A DNA stretch of 64,000 nucleotides. Origin: Auanema rhodensis. Lineage: Eukaryota; Animalia; Nematoda. The position numbers and the translations under genes were made by a program. The stretch covers positions 2,108,001 through 2,172,000 of the forward strand of contig OZ059900.1 in NCBI GenBank assembly GCA_964057225.1. The letters run 5' to 3'. Below the pieces are notes generated by a model. That model was given only the letters and a program-made list of their open reading frames with translations, did no database searches and was not told the DNA's origin. Every line of letters begins with the position of its first letter. Within the stretch, counting starts at the first letter, position 1. Positions 12,371 to 26,300 of this stretch are shown here, piece by piece.

Positions 12371-15300
12371 TCGTAAACTTTGATCATATTCGGTGAGATT
12401 CGAGAATCAAACACACAATACACGAAATAAGTTTATTTTTACGAGTTTGCACTGATATTTATTCATTTTGATCAAAAAAGGTCGAAAATAGAAAGAATTT
12501 TTGAAATTTCCGAGTTTTGAGTCTAATTTGGCTAAATCGCTCATATACATGATCAGAAGCATAGTTTTATTGTCTATGACAACAAAAGTCATCAATTAAA
12601 CGCTAGTGATGTTTAAATACTGATTTTCGCTCAAATAGCATTACTACACTAAGTATGGTCGTTTTTATGCCTTTAACACCATATACTCACCGATTTTTGG
12701 TACAAAATCTGTAATACTCGTAAATTTTGATCATATTCGTTAAGATTTGAAAATCAAACACACAATAAACAAAATCAGTCTATTTTTATGAGTTTGCACT
12801 GATATATATTCATTTTGATCAAAAAAGGTCGAAAATAGAAAGAATTTTCGAATTTTCCGAGTTTTGAGTCTAATTTGGCTAAATCGCTCATATATATGAT
12901 CAGAAGCATAATTTTATTGTATATGACAACAAAAGTCATTAGTTAAACACTAATGATGTTTAAATCACTAAATTTCGCTCAAATAGCATTACTACACTAA
13001 GTATGGTCGTTTTTATGCCTTTAACACCATATACTCACCGATTTTTGGTACAAAATCTGTGATACTCGTAAATTCTGATCATATTTGGTGAGATTCGAGA
13101 ATCAAACACACAATACACGAAATAAGTCTATTTTTATGAGTTTGCACTGATATTTATTCATTTTGATCAAAAAAGGTCGAAAATAGAAAGAATTTTTGAA
13201 TTTTCCGAGTTTTGAGTCCAATTGGGCTAAATCGCTCATATATATGATCAAAAGCATAGTTTTATTGTCTATGACAACAAAAGTCATCAATTAAACGCTA
13301 GTGATGTTTAAATACTGAATTTCGCTCAAATAGCATTACTACACTAAGTATGGTCGTTTTTATGCCTTTAACACCATATACTCACCGATTTTTGGTACAA
13401 AATCTGTGATACTCGTAAATTTTGATCATATTCGGTGAGATTCGAGGATCGAACACACAATACACGAAATAAGTTTATTTTGACGAGTTTGCACTGATAT
13501 TTATTCATTTTGATCAAAAAAGGTCGAAAATAGAAAGAATTTTTGAAATTTCCGAGTTTTGAGTCTAATTTGGCTAAATCGCTCATATATATGATCAAAA
13601 GCATAGTTTTACTGTCTATGATAACAAAAGTCTTCAAATATACACTAATAATGATTTAATCACTGAATTTCACTCAAATAGCATTACTACACTAAGTATG
13701 GTCGTTTTTATGCCTTTAACACCATATACTCACCGATTTTTGGTACAAAATCTGTGATACTCGTAAATTCTGATCATATTTGGTGAGATTCGAGAATCAA
13801 ACACACAATACACGAAATAAGTTTATTTTTACGAGTTTGCACTGATATTTATTCATTTTGATCAAAAAAGGTCGAAAATAGAAAGAATTTTTGAAATTTC
13901 CGAGTTTTGAGTCTAATTTGGCTAAATCGCTCATATATATGATCAAAAGCATAGTTTTACTGTCTATGATAACAAAAGTCTTCAAATATACACTAATAAT
14001 GTGTAAATCACTGAATTTCACTCAAATAGCATTACTACACTAAGTATGGTCGTTTTTATGCCTTTAACACCATATACTCACCGATTTTTGGTACAAAATC
14101 TGTGATACTCGTAAATTTTGATCATATTCGGTGAGATTCGAGAATCAAACACACAATACACGAAATAAGTTTATTTTTACGAGTTTGCACTGATATTTAT
14201 TCATTTTGATCAAAAAAGGTCGAAAATAGAAAGAATTTTTGAAATTTCCGAGTTTTGAGTCTAATTTGGCTAAATCGCTCATATATATGATCAAAAGCAT
14301 AGTTTTATTGTCTATGACAACAAAAGTCATCAATTAAACGCTAGTGATGTTTAAATACTGAATTTCGCTCAAATAGCATTACTACACTAAGTATGGTCGT
14401 TTTTATGCCTTTAACACCATATACTCACCGATTTTTGGTACAAAATCTGTAATACTCGTAAATTTTGATCATATTCGTTAAGATTTGAGAATCAAACATA
14501 CAATACACAAAATCAGTCTATTTTTATGAGCTTGCACTGATATATATTCATTTTGATCAAAAAAGGTCGAAAATAGAAAGAATTTTTGAAATTTACGAGT
14601 TTTGAGTCTAATTTGGCTAAATCGCTCATATATATGATCAGAAGCATAGTTTTATTGTCTATGACAACGAAAGTCATTAATTAAACACTAATGATGTTTA
14701 AATCACTAAATTTCGCTCAAATAGCATTACTACACTAAGTATGGTCGTTTTTATGCCTTTAACACCATATACTCACCGATTTTTGGTACAAAATCTGTGA
14801 TACTCGTAAATTTTGATCATATTCGTTAAGATTCGAAAATCAAACACACAATACACGAAATAAGTTTATTTTTACAAGTTTGCACTGATATTTATTCATT
14901 TTGATCAAAAAAGGTCGAAAATAGAAAGAATTTTTGAAATTTCCGAGTTTTGAGTCTAATTTGGCTAAATCGCTCATATATATGATCAAAAGCATAGTTT
15001 TACTGTCTATGATAACAAAAGTCTTCAAATATACACTAATAATGATTAAATCACTGAATTTCACTCAAATAGCATTACTACACTAAGTATGGTCGTTTTT
15101 ATGCCTTTAACACCATATACTCACCGATTTTTGGTACAAAATCTGAAATACTCGTAAATTTTGATCATATTCTGTGAGATTCGAGAATCAAACACACAAT
15201 ACACGAAATAAGTTTATTTTGACGAGTTTGCACTGATATTTATTCATTTTGATCAAAAAAGGTCGAAAATAGAAAGAATTTTTGAATTTTCCGAGTTTTG

Positions 15301-15499
15301 AGTCCAATTGGGCTAAATCGCTCATATATATGATCAAAAGCATAGTTTTACTGTCTATGATAACAAAAGTCTTCAAATATACACTAATGATGTGTAAATC
15401 ACTGAATTTCACTCAAATAGCTTTACTACACTAAGTATGGTCGTTTTTATGCCTTTAACACCATATACTCACCGATTTTTGGTACAAAATCTGTAATAC

Positions 15500-18350
15500 T
15501 CGTAAATTTTGATCATATTCGTTAAGATTTGAGAATCAAACATACAATACACAAAATCAGTCTATTTTTATGAGCTTGCACTGATATATACTCATTTTGA
15601 TCAAAAAAGGTCGAAAATAGAAAGAATTTTTGAAATTTCCGAGTTATGAGTCTAATTTGGCTAAATCTCTCATATATATGATCAAAAGCATAGTTTTACT
15701 GTCTATGATAACAAAAGTCTTCAAATATACACTAATAATGTGTAAATCACTGAATTTCACTCAAATAGCTTTACTACACTAACTATGGTCGTTTTTATGC
15801 CTTTAACACCATATACTCAACGATTTTTGGTACAAAATCTGTAATACTCGTAAATTTTGATCATATTCGTTAAGATTTGAGAATCAAACATACAATACAC
15901 AAAATCAGTCTATTTTTATGAGCTTGCACTGATATATATTCATTTTGATCAAAAAAGGTCGAAAATAGAAAGAATTTTTGAAATTTCCGAGTTTTGAGTC
16001 TAATTTGGCTAAATCGCTCATATATATGATCAGAAGCATAGTTTTATTGTCTATGACAACAAAAATCATCAATTAAACGCTAGTGATGTTTAAATACTGA
16101 TTTTCGCTCAAATAGCATTACTACACTAAGTATGGTCGTTTTTATGCCTTTAACACCATATACTCACCGATTTTTGGTACAAAATCTGTAATACTCGTAA
16201 AATTTGATCATATTTGTTAAGATTTGAGAATCAAACACACAATACACAAAATCAGTCTATTTTTATGAGTTTACACTGATATATATTCATTTTCATCAAA
16301 AAAGGTCGAAAATAGAAAGAATTTTTGAAATTTCCGAGTTTTGAGTCTAATTTGGCTAAATCGCTCATATACATGATCAGAAGCATAGTTTTATCGTCTA
16401 TGACAACAAAAATCATCAATTAAACGCTAGTGATGTTTAAATATTGATTTTCGCTCAAATAGCATTACTACACTAAGTATGGTCGTTTTTATGCCTTTAA
16501 CACCATATACTCACCGATTTTTGGTACAAAATCTGTAATACTCGTAAATTTTGATCATATTCGTTAAGATTTGAAAATCAAACACACAATAAACAAAATC
16601 AGTCTATTTTTATGAGTTTGCACTGATATATATTCATTTTGATCAAAAAAGGTCGAAAATAGAAAGAATTTTTGAATTTTCCGAGTTTTGAGTCCAATTG
16701 GGCTAAATCGCTCATATATATGATCAAAAGCATAGTTTTACTGTCTATGATAACAAAAGTCTTCAAATATACACTAATAATGATCAAATCACTGAATTTC
16801 ACTCAAATAGCATTACTACACTAAGTATGGTCGTTTTTATGCCTTTAACACCATATACTCACCGATTTTTGGTACAAAATCTGTGATACTCGTAAATTTT
16901 GATCATATTCGTTAAGATTTGAGAATCAAACATACAATACACAAAATCAGTCTATTTTTATGAGCTTGCACTGATATATACTCATTTTGATCAAAAAAGG
17001 TCGAAAATAGAAAGAATTTTTGAAATTTCCGAGTTATGAGTCTAATTTGGCTAAATCTCTCATATATATGATCAAAAGCATAGTTTTACTGTCTATGATA
17101 ACAAAAGTCTTCAAATATACACTAATAATGTGTAAATCACTGAATTTCACTCAAATAGCTTTACTACACTAACTATGGTCGTTTTTATGCCTTTAACACC
17201 ATATACTCAACGATTTTTGGTACAAAATCTGTAATACTCGTAAATTTTGATCATATTCGTTAAGATTTGAGAATCAAACATACAATACACAAAATCAGTC
17301 TATTTTTATGAGCTTGCACTGATATATATTCATTTTGATCAAAAAAGGTCGAAAATAGAAAGAATTTTTGAAATTTCCGAGTTTTGAGTCTAATTTGGCT
17401 AAATCGCTCATATATATGATCAGAAGCATAGTTTTATTGTCTATGACAACAAAAATCATCAATTAAACGCTAGTGATGTTTAAATACTGATTTTCGCTCA
17501 AATAGCATTACTACACTAAGTATGGTCGTTTTTATGCCTTTAACACCATATACTCACCGATTTTTGGTACAAAATCTGTAATACTCGTAAAATTTGATCA
17601 TATTTGTTAAGATTTGAGAATCAAACACACAATACACAAAATCAGTCTATTTTTATGAGTTTACACTGATATATATTCATTTTCATCAAAAAAGGTCGAA
17701 AATAGAAAGAATTTTTGAAATTTCCGAGTTTTGAGTCTAATTTGGCTAAATCGCTCATATACATGATCAGAAGCATAGTTTTATCGTCTATGACAACAAA
17801 AATCATCAATTAAACGCTAGTGATGTTTAAATATTGATTTTCGCTCAAATAGCATTACTACACTAAGTATGGTCGTTTTTATGCCTTTAACACCATATAC
17901 TCACCGATTTTTGGTACAAAATCTGTAATACTCGTAAATTTTGATCATATTCGTTAAGATTTGAAAATCAAACACACAATAAACAAAATCAGTCTATTTT
18001 TATGAGTTTGCACTGATATATATTCATTTTGATCAAAAAAGGTCGAAAATAGAAAGAATTTTTGAATTTTCCGAGTTTTGAGTCCAATTGGGCTAAATCG
18101 CTCATATATATGATCAAAAGCATAGTTTTACTGTCTATGATAACAAAAGTCTTCAAATATACACTAATAATGATCAAATCACTGAATTTCACTCAAATAG
18201 CATTACTACACTAAGTATGGTCGTTTTTATGCCTTTAACACCATATACTCACCGATTTTTGGTACAAAATCTGTGATACTCGTAAATTTTGATCATATTC
18301 GTTAAGATTTGAGAATCAAACATACAATACACAAAATCAGTCTATTTTTA
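15500..18350. repeat. 4-mer (1390 bp) x2
   Basis: Private GAGTTATGAG at 15641 and 17031; TTATCGTCTA at 16391 and 17781. Confidence 0.9.
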
Positions 18351-20380
18351 TGAGCTTGCACTGATATATATTCATTTTGATCAAAAAAGGTCGAAAATAG
18401 AATGAATTTTTGAAATTTCCGAGTTTTGAGTCTAATTTGGCTAAATCGCTCATATATATGATCAAAAGCATAGTTTTACTGTCTATGATAACAAAAGTCT
18501 TCAAATATACACTAATAATGATTAAATCACTGATTTTCAGTCAAATAGCATTACTACACTAAGTATGGTCGTTTTTATGCCTTTAACACCATATACTCAC
18601 CGATTTTTGGTACAAAATCTGTAATACTTGTAAATTTTGATCATATTCGTTAAGATTTGAGAATCGAACATACAATACACAAAATCAGTCTATTTTTATG
18701 AGCTTGCACTGATATTTATTCATTTTGATCAAAAAAGGTCGAAAATAGAAAGAATTTTTGAAATTTCCGAGTTTTGAGTCTAATTTGGCTAAATCGCTCA
18801 TATACATGATCAGAAGCATAGTTTTATTGTCTATGACAACAAAAGTCATCAATTAAACGCTAGTGATGTTTAAATACTGATTTTCGCTCAAATAGCATTA
18901 CTACACTAAGTATGGTCGTTTTTATGCCTTTAACACCATATACTCACCGATTTTTGGTACACAATCTGTAATACTCGTAAATTTTGATCATATTCGTTAA
19001 AATTTGAAAATCAAACACACAATAAACAAAATCAGTCTATTTTTATGAGCTTGCACTGATATTTATTCATTTTGATCAAAAAAGGTCGAAAATAGAAAGA
19101 ATTTTTGAAATTTCCGAGTTTTGAGTCTAATTTGGCTAAATCGCTCATATATATGATCAAAAGCATAGTTTTACTGTCTATGATAACAAAAGTCTTCAAA
19201 TATACACTAATAATGTGTAAATCACTGAATTTCACTAAAATGCATTACTACACTAAGTATGGTCGTTTTTATGCCTTTAACACCATATACTCACCGATTT
19301 TTGGTACAAAATCTGTGATACTCGTAAATTTTGATCATATTCGTTAAGATTTGAGAATCAAACATACAATACACAAAATCAGTCTATTTTTATGAGCTTG
19401 CACTGATATATATTCATTTTGATCAAAAAAGGTCGAAAATAGAATGAATTTTTGAAATTTCCGAGTTTTGAGTCTAATTTGGCTAAATCGCTCATATATA
19501 TGATCAAAAGCATAGTTTTACTGTCTATGATAACAAAAGTCTTCAAATATACACTAATAATGATTAAATCACTGATTTTCAGTCAAATAGCATTACTACA
19601 CTAAGTATGGTCGTTTTTATGCCTTTAACACCATATACTCACCGATTTTTGGTACAAAATCTGTAATACTTGTAAATTTTGATCATATTCGTTAAGATTT
19701 GAGAATCGAACATACAATACACAAAATCAGTCTATTTTTATGAGCTTGCACTGATATTTATTCATTTTGATCAAAAAAGGTCGAAAATAGAAAGAATTTT
19801 TGAAATTTCCGAGTTTTGAGTCTAATTTGGCTAAATCGCTCATATACATGATCAGAAGCATAGTTTTATTGTCTATGACAACAAAAGTCATCAATTAAAC
19901 GCTAGTGATGTTTAAATACTGATTTTCGCTCAAATAGCATTACTACACTAAGTATGGTCGTTTTTATGCCTTTAACACCATATACCCACCGATTTTTGGT
20001 ACACAATCTGTAATACTCGTAAATTTTGATCATATTCGTTAAAATTTGAAAATCAAACACACAATAAACAAAATCAGTCTATTTTTATGAGCTTGCACTG
20101 ATATTTATTCATTTTGATCAAAAAAGGTCGAAAATAGAAAGAATTTTTGAAATTTCCGAGTTTTGAGTCTAATTTGGCTAAATCGCTCATATATATGATC
20201 AAAAGCATAGTTTTACTGTCTATGATAACAAAAGTCTTCAAATATACACTAATAATGTGTAAATCACTGAATTTCACTAAAATGCATTACTACACTAAGT
20301 ATGGTCGTTTTTATGCCTTTAACACCATATACTCACCGATTTTTGGTACAAAATCTGTGATACTCGTAAATTTTGATCAT
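18230..20380. repeat. 3-mer (1042 bp) x2
   Basis: ORF offsets 19032/20074 and 19105/20147. GAATGAAT, TTCAGTCA, GTTAAAATTTG and CTAAAATGC variants repeat at 1042. Confidence 0.85.
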
Positions 20381-23300
20381 ATTCGGTGAGATTCGAGGAT
20401 CGAACACACAATACACGAAATAAGTTTATTTTGACGAGTTTGCACTGATATTTATTCATTTTGATCAAAAAAGGTCGAAAATAGAAAGAATTTTTGAAAT
20501 TTCCGAGTTTTGAGTCTAATTTGGCTAAATCGCTCATATACATGATCAGAAGCATAGTTTTATTGTCTATGACAACAAAAGTCATCAATTAAACGCTAGT
20601 GATGTTTAAATACTGATTTTCGCTCAAATAGCATTACTACACTAAGTATGGTCGTTTTTATGCCTTTAACACCATATACTCACCGATTTTTGGTACACAA
20701 TCTGTAATACTCGTAAATTTTGATCATATTCGTTAAGATTTGAGAATCGAACATACAATACACAAAATCAGTCTATTTTTATGAGCTTGCACTGATATTT
20801 ATTCATTTTGATCAAAAAAGGTCGAAAATAGAAAGAATTTTTGAAATTTCCGAGTTTTGAGTCTAATTTGGCTAAATCGCTCATATATATGATCAAAAGC
20901 ATAGTTTTACTGTCTATGATAACAAAAGTCTTCAAATATACACTAATAATGTGTAAATCACTGAATTTCACTCAAATGCATTACTACACTAAGTATGGTC
21001 GTTTTTATGCCTTTAACACCATATACTCACCGATTTTTGGTACAAAATGTGTAATACTTGTAAATTTTGATCATATTCGTTAAGATTCGAGAATCAAACA
21101 CACAATACACGAAATAAGTTTATTTTTACGAGTTTGCACTGATATTTATTCATTTTGATCAAAAAAGGTCGAAAATAGAAAGAATTTTTGAAATTTCCGA
21201 GTTTTGAGTCTAATTTGGCTAAATCGCTCATATACATGATCAGAAGCATAGTTTTATTGTCTATGACAACAAAAGTCATCAATTAAACGCTAGTGATGTT
21301 TAAATACTGATTTTCGCTCAAATAGCATTACTACACTAAGTATGGTCGTTTTTATGCCTTTAACACCATATACTCACCGATTTTTGGTATAAAATCTGTA
21401 ATACTCGTAAATTTTGATCATATTCGGTGAGATTCGAGAATCAAACACACAATACACGAAATAAGTTTATTTTTACGAGTTTGCACTGATATTTATTCAT
21501 TTTGATCAAAAAAGGTCGAAAATAGAAAGAATTTTTGAAATTTCCGAGTTTTGAGTCTAATTTGGCTAAATCGCTCATATATATGATCAAAAGCATAGTT
21601 TTATTGTCTATGACAACAAAAGTCATCAATTAAACGCTAGTGATGTTTAAATACTGAATTTCGCTCAAATAGCATTACTACACTAAGTATGGTCGTTTTT
21701 ATGCCTTTAACACCATATACTCACCGATTTTTGGTACAAAATCTGTAATACTCGTAAATTTTGATCATATTCGGTGAGATTCGAGAATCAAACACACAAT
21801 ACACGAAAGAAGTTTATTTTTACGAGTTTGCACTGATATTTATTCATTTTGATCAAAAAAGGTCGAAAATAGAAAGAATTTTTGAAATTTACGAGTTTTG
21901 AATCTAATTTGGCTAAATCGCTCATATATATGATCAAAAGCATAGTTTTACTGTCTATGATAACAAAAGTCTTCAAATATACACTAATAATGATTAAATC
22001 ACTGAATTTCACTCAAATAGCATTACTACACTAAGTATGGTCGTTTTTATGCCTTTAACACCATATACTCACCGATTTTTGGTACAAAATCTGTGATACT
22101 CGTAAATTTTGATCATATTCGGTGAGATTCGAGAATCAAACACACAATACACGAAATAAGTTTATTTTTACGAGTTTGCACTGATATTTATTCATTTTGA
22201 TCAAAAAAGGTCGAAAATAGAAAGAATTTTTGAAATTTCCGAGTTTTGAGTCTAATTTGGCTAAATCGCTCATATACATGATCAGAAGCATAGTTTTATT
22301 GTCTATGACAACAAAAGTCATCAATTAAACGCTAGTGATGTTTAAATACTGATTTTCGCTCAAATAGCATTACTACACTAAGTATGGTCGTTTTTATGCC
22401 TTTAACACCATATACTCACCGATTTTTGGTACAAAATCTGTAATACTCGTAAATTTTGATCATATTCGTTAAGATTTGAAAATCAAACACACAATAAACA
22501 AAATCAGTCTATTTTTATGAGTTTGCACTGATATATATTCATTTTGATCAAAAAAGGTCGAAAATAGAAAGAATTTTCGAATTTTCCGAGTTTTGAGTCT
22601 AATTTGGCTAAATCGCTCATATATATGATCAGAAGCATAGTTTTATTGTATATGACAACAAAAGTCATTAGTTAAACACTAATGATGTTTAAATCACTAA
22701 ATTTCGCTCAAATAGCATTACTACACTAAGTATGGTCGTTTTTATGCCTTTAACACCATATACTCACCGATTTTTGGTACAAAATCTGTGATACTCGTAA
22801 ATTTTGATCATATTCGGTGAGATTCGAGAATCAAACACACAATACACGAAATAAGTCTATTTTTATGAGTTTGCACTGATATTTATTCATTTTGATCAAA
22901 AAAGGTCGAAAATAGAAAGAATTTTTGAATTTTCCGAGTTTTGAGTCCAATTGGGCTAAATCGCTCATATATATGATCAAAAGCATAGTTTTACTGTCTA
23001 TGATAACAAAAGTCTTCAAATATACACTAATAATGATTTAATCACTGAATTTCACTCAAATAGCAATACTACACTAAGTATGGTCGTTTTTATGCCTTTA
23101 ACACCATATACTCACCGATTTTTGGTACAAAATCTGTGATACTCGTAAATTTTGATCATATTCGGTGAGATTCGAGAATCAAACACACAATACACGAAAT
23201 AAGTTTATTTTTACGAGTTTGCACTGATATTTATTCATTTTGATCAAAAAAGGTCGAAAATAGAAAGAATTTTTGAAATTTCCGAGTTTTGAGTCTAATT

Positions 23301-23399
23301 TGGCTAAATCGCTCATATATATGATCAAAAGCATAGTTTTATTGTCTATGACAACAAAAGTCATCAATTAAACGCTAGTGATGTTTAAATACTGAATTT

Positions 23400-26300
23400 C
23401 GCTCAAATAGCATTACTACACTAAGTATGGTCGTTTTTATGCCTTTAACACCATATACTCACCGCTTTTTGGTACAAAATCTGTAATACTCGTAAATTTT
23501 GATCATATTCGTTAAGATTTGAGAATCAAACATACAATACACAAAATCAGTCTATTTTTATGAGCTTGCACTGATATATATTCATTTTGATCAAAAAAGG
23601 TCGAAAATAGAAAGAATTTTTGAAATTTACGAGTTTTGAATCTAATTTGGCTAAATCGCTCATATATATGATCAAAAGCATAGTTTTACTGTCTATGATA
23701 ACAAAAGTCTTCAAATATACACTAATAATGATTAAATCACTGAATTTCACTCAAATAGCATTACTACACTAAGTATGGTCGTTTTTATGCCTTTAACACC
23801 ATATACTCACCGATTTTTGGTACAAAATCTGTGATACTCGTAAATTTTGATCATATTCGGTGAGATTCGAGAATCAAACACACAATACACGAAATAAGTT
23901 TATTTTTACGAGTTTGCACTGATATTTATTCATTTTGATCAAAAAAGGTCGAAAATAGAAAGAATTTTTGAAATTTCCGAGTTTTGAGTCTAATTTGGCT
24001 AAATCGCTCATATACATGATCAGAAGCATAGTTTTATTGTCTATGACAACAAAAGTCATCAATTAAACGCTAGTGATGTTTAAATACTGATTTTCGCTCA
24101 AATAGCATTACTACACTAAGTATGGTCGTTTTTATGCCTTTAACACCATATACTCACCGATTTTTGGTACAAAATCTGTGATACTCGTAAATTTTGATCA
24201 TATTCGGTGAGATTCGAGAATCAAACACACAATACACGAAATAAGTCTATTTTTATGAGTTTGCACTGATATTTATTCATTTTGATCAAAAAAGGTCGAA
24301 AATAGAAAGAATTTTTGAATTTTCCGAGTTTTGAGTCCAATTGGGCTAAATCGCTCATATATATGATCAAAAGCATAGTTTTATTGTCTATGACAACAAA
24401 AGTCATCAATTAAACGCTAGTGATGTTTAAATACTGAATTTCGCTCAAATAGCATTACTACACTAAGTATGGTCGTTTTTATGCCTTTAACACCATATAC
24501 TCACCGATTTTTGGTACAAAATCTGTAATACTCGTAAATTTTGATCATATTCGTTAAGATTTGAGAATCAAACATACAATACACAAAATCAGTCTATTTT
24601 TATGAGCTTGCACTGATATATATTCATTTTGATCAAAAAAGGTCGAAAATAGAAAGAATTTTTGAAATTTACGAGTTTTGAATCTAATTTGGCTAAATCG
24701 CTCATATATATGATCAAAAGCATAGTTTTACTGTCTATGATAACAAAAGTCTTCAAATATACACTAATAATGATTAAATCACTGAATTTCACTCAAATAG
24801 CATTACTACACTAAGTATGGTCGTTTTTATGCCTTTAACACCATATACTCACCGATTTTTGGTACAAAATCTGTGATACTCGTAAATTTTGATCATATTC
24901 GGTGAGATTCGAGAATCAAACACACAATACACGAAATAAGTTTATTTTTACGAGTTTGCACTGATATTTATTCATTTTGATCAAAAAAGGTCGAAAATAG
25001 AAAGAATTTTTGAAATTTCCGAGTTTTGAGTCTAATTTGGCTAAATCGCTCATATACATGATCAGAAGCATAGTTTTATTGTCTATGACAACAAAAGTCA
25101 TCAATTAAACGCTAGTGATGTTTAAATACTGATTTTCGCTCAAATAGCATTACTACACTAAGTATGGTCGTTTTTATGCCTTTAACACCATATACTCACC
25201 GATTTTTGGTACAAAATCTGTGATACTCGTAAATTTTGATCATATTCGGTGAGATTCGAGAATCAAACACACAATACACGAAATAAGTCTATTTTTATGA
25301 GTTTGCACTGATATTTATTCATTTTGATCAAAAAAGGTCGAAAATAGAAAGAATTTTTGAATTTTCCGAGTTTTGAGTCCAATTGGGCTAAATCGCTCAT
25401 ATATATGATCAAAAGCATAGTTTTATTGTCTATGACAACAAAAGTCATCAATTAAACGCTAGTGATGTTTAAATACTGAATTTCGCTCAAATAGCATTAC
25501 TACACTAAGTATGGTCGTTTTTATGCCTTTAACACCATATACTCACCGATTTTTGGTACAAAATCTGTGATACTCGTAAATTTTGATCATATTCGGTGAG
25601 ATTCGAGGATCGAACACACAATACACGAAATAAGTTTATTTTGACGAGTTTGCACTGATATTTATTCATTTTGATCAAAAAAGGTCGAAAATAGAAAGAA
25701 TTTTTGAAATTTCCGAGTTTTGAGTCTAATTTGGCTAAATCGCTCATATATATGATCAAAAGCATAGTTTTACTGTCTATGATAACAAAAGTCTTCAAAT
25801 ATACACTAATAATGATTTAATCACTGAATTTCACTCAAATAGCATTACTACACTAAGTATGGTCGTTTTTATGCCTTTAACACCATATACTCACCGATTT
25901 TTGGTACAAAATCTGTGATACTCGTAAATTCTGATCATATTTGGTGAGATTCGAGAATCAAACACACAATACACGAAATAAGTTTATTTTTACGAGTTTG
26001 CACTGATATTTATTCATTTTGATCAAAAAAGGTCGAAAATAGAAAGAATTTTTGAAATTTCCGAGTTTTGAGTCTAATTTGGCTAAATCGCTCATATATA
26101 TGATCAAAAGCATAGTTTTACTGTCTATGATAACAAAAGTCTTCAAATATACACTAATAATGTGTAAATCACTGAATTTCACTCAAATAGCATTACTACA
26201 CTAAGTATGGTCGTTTTTATGCCTTTAACACCATATACTCACCGATTTTTGGTACAAAATCTGTAATACTCGTAAATTTTGATCATATTCGTTAAGATTT

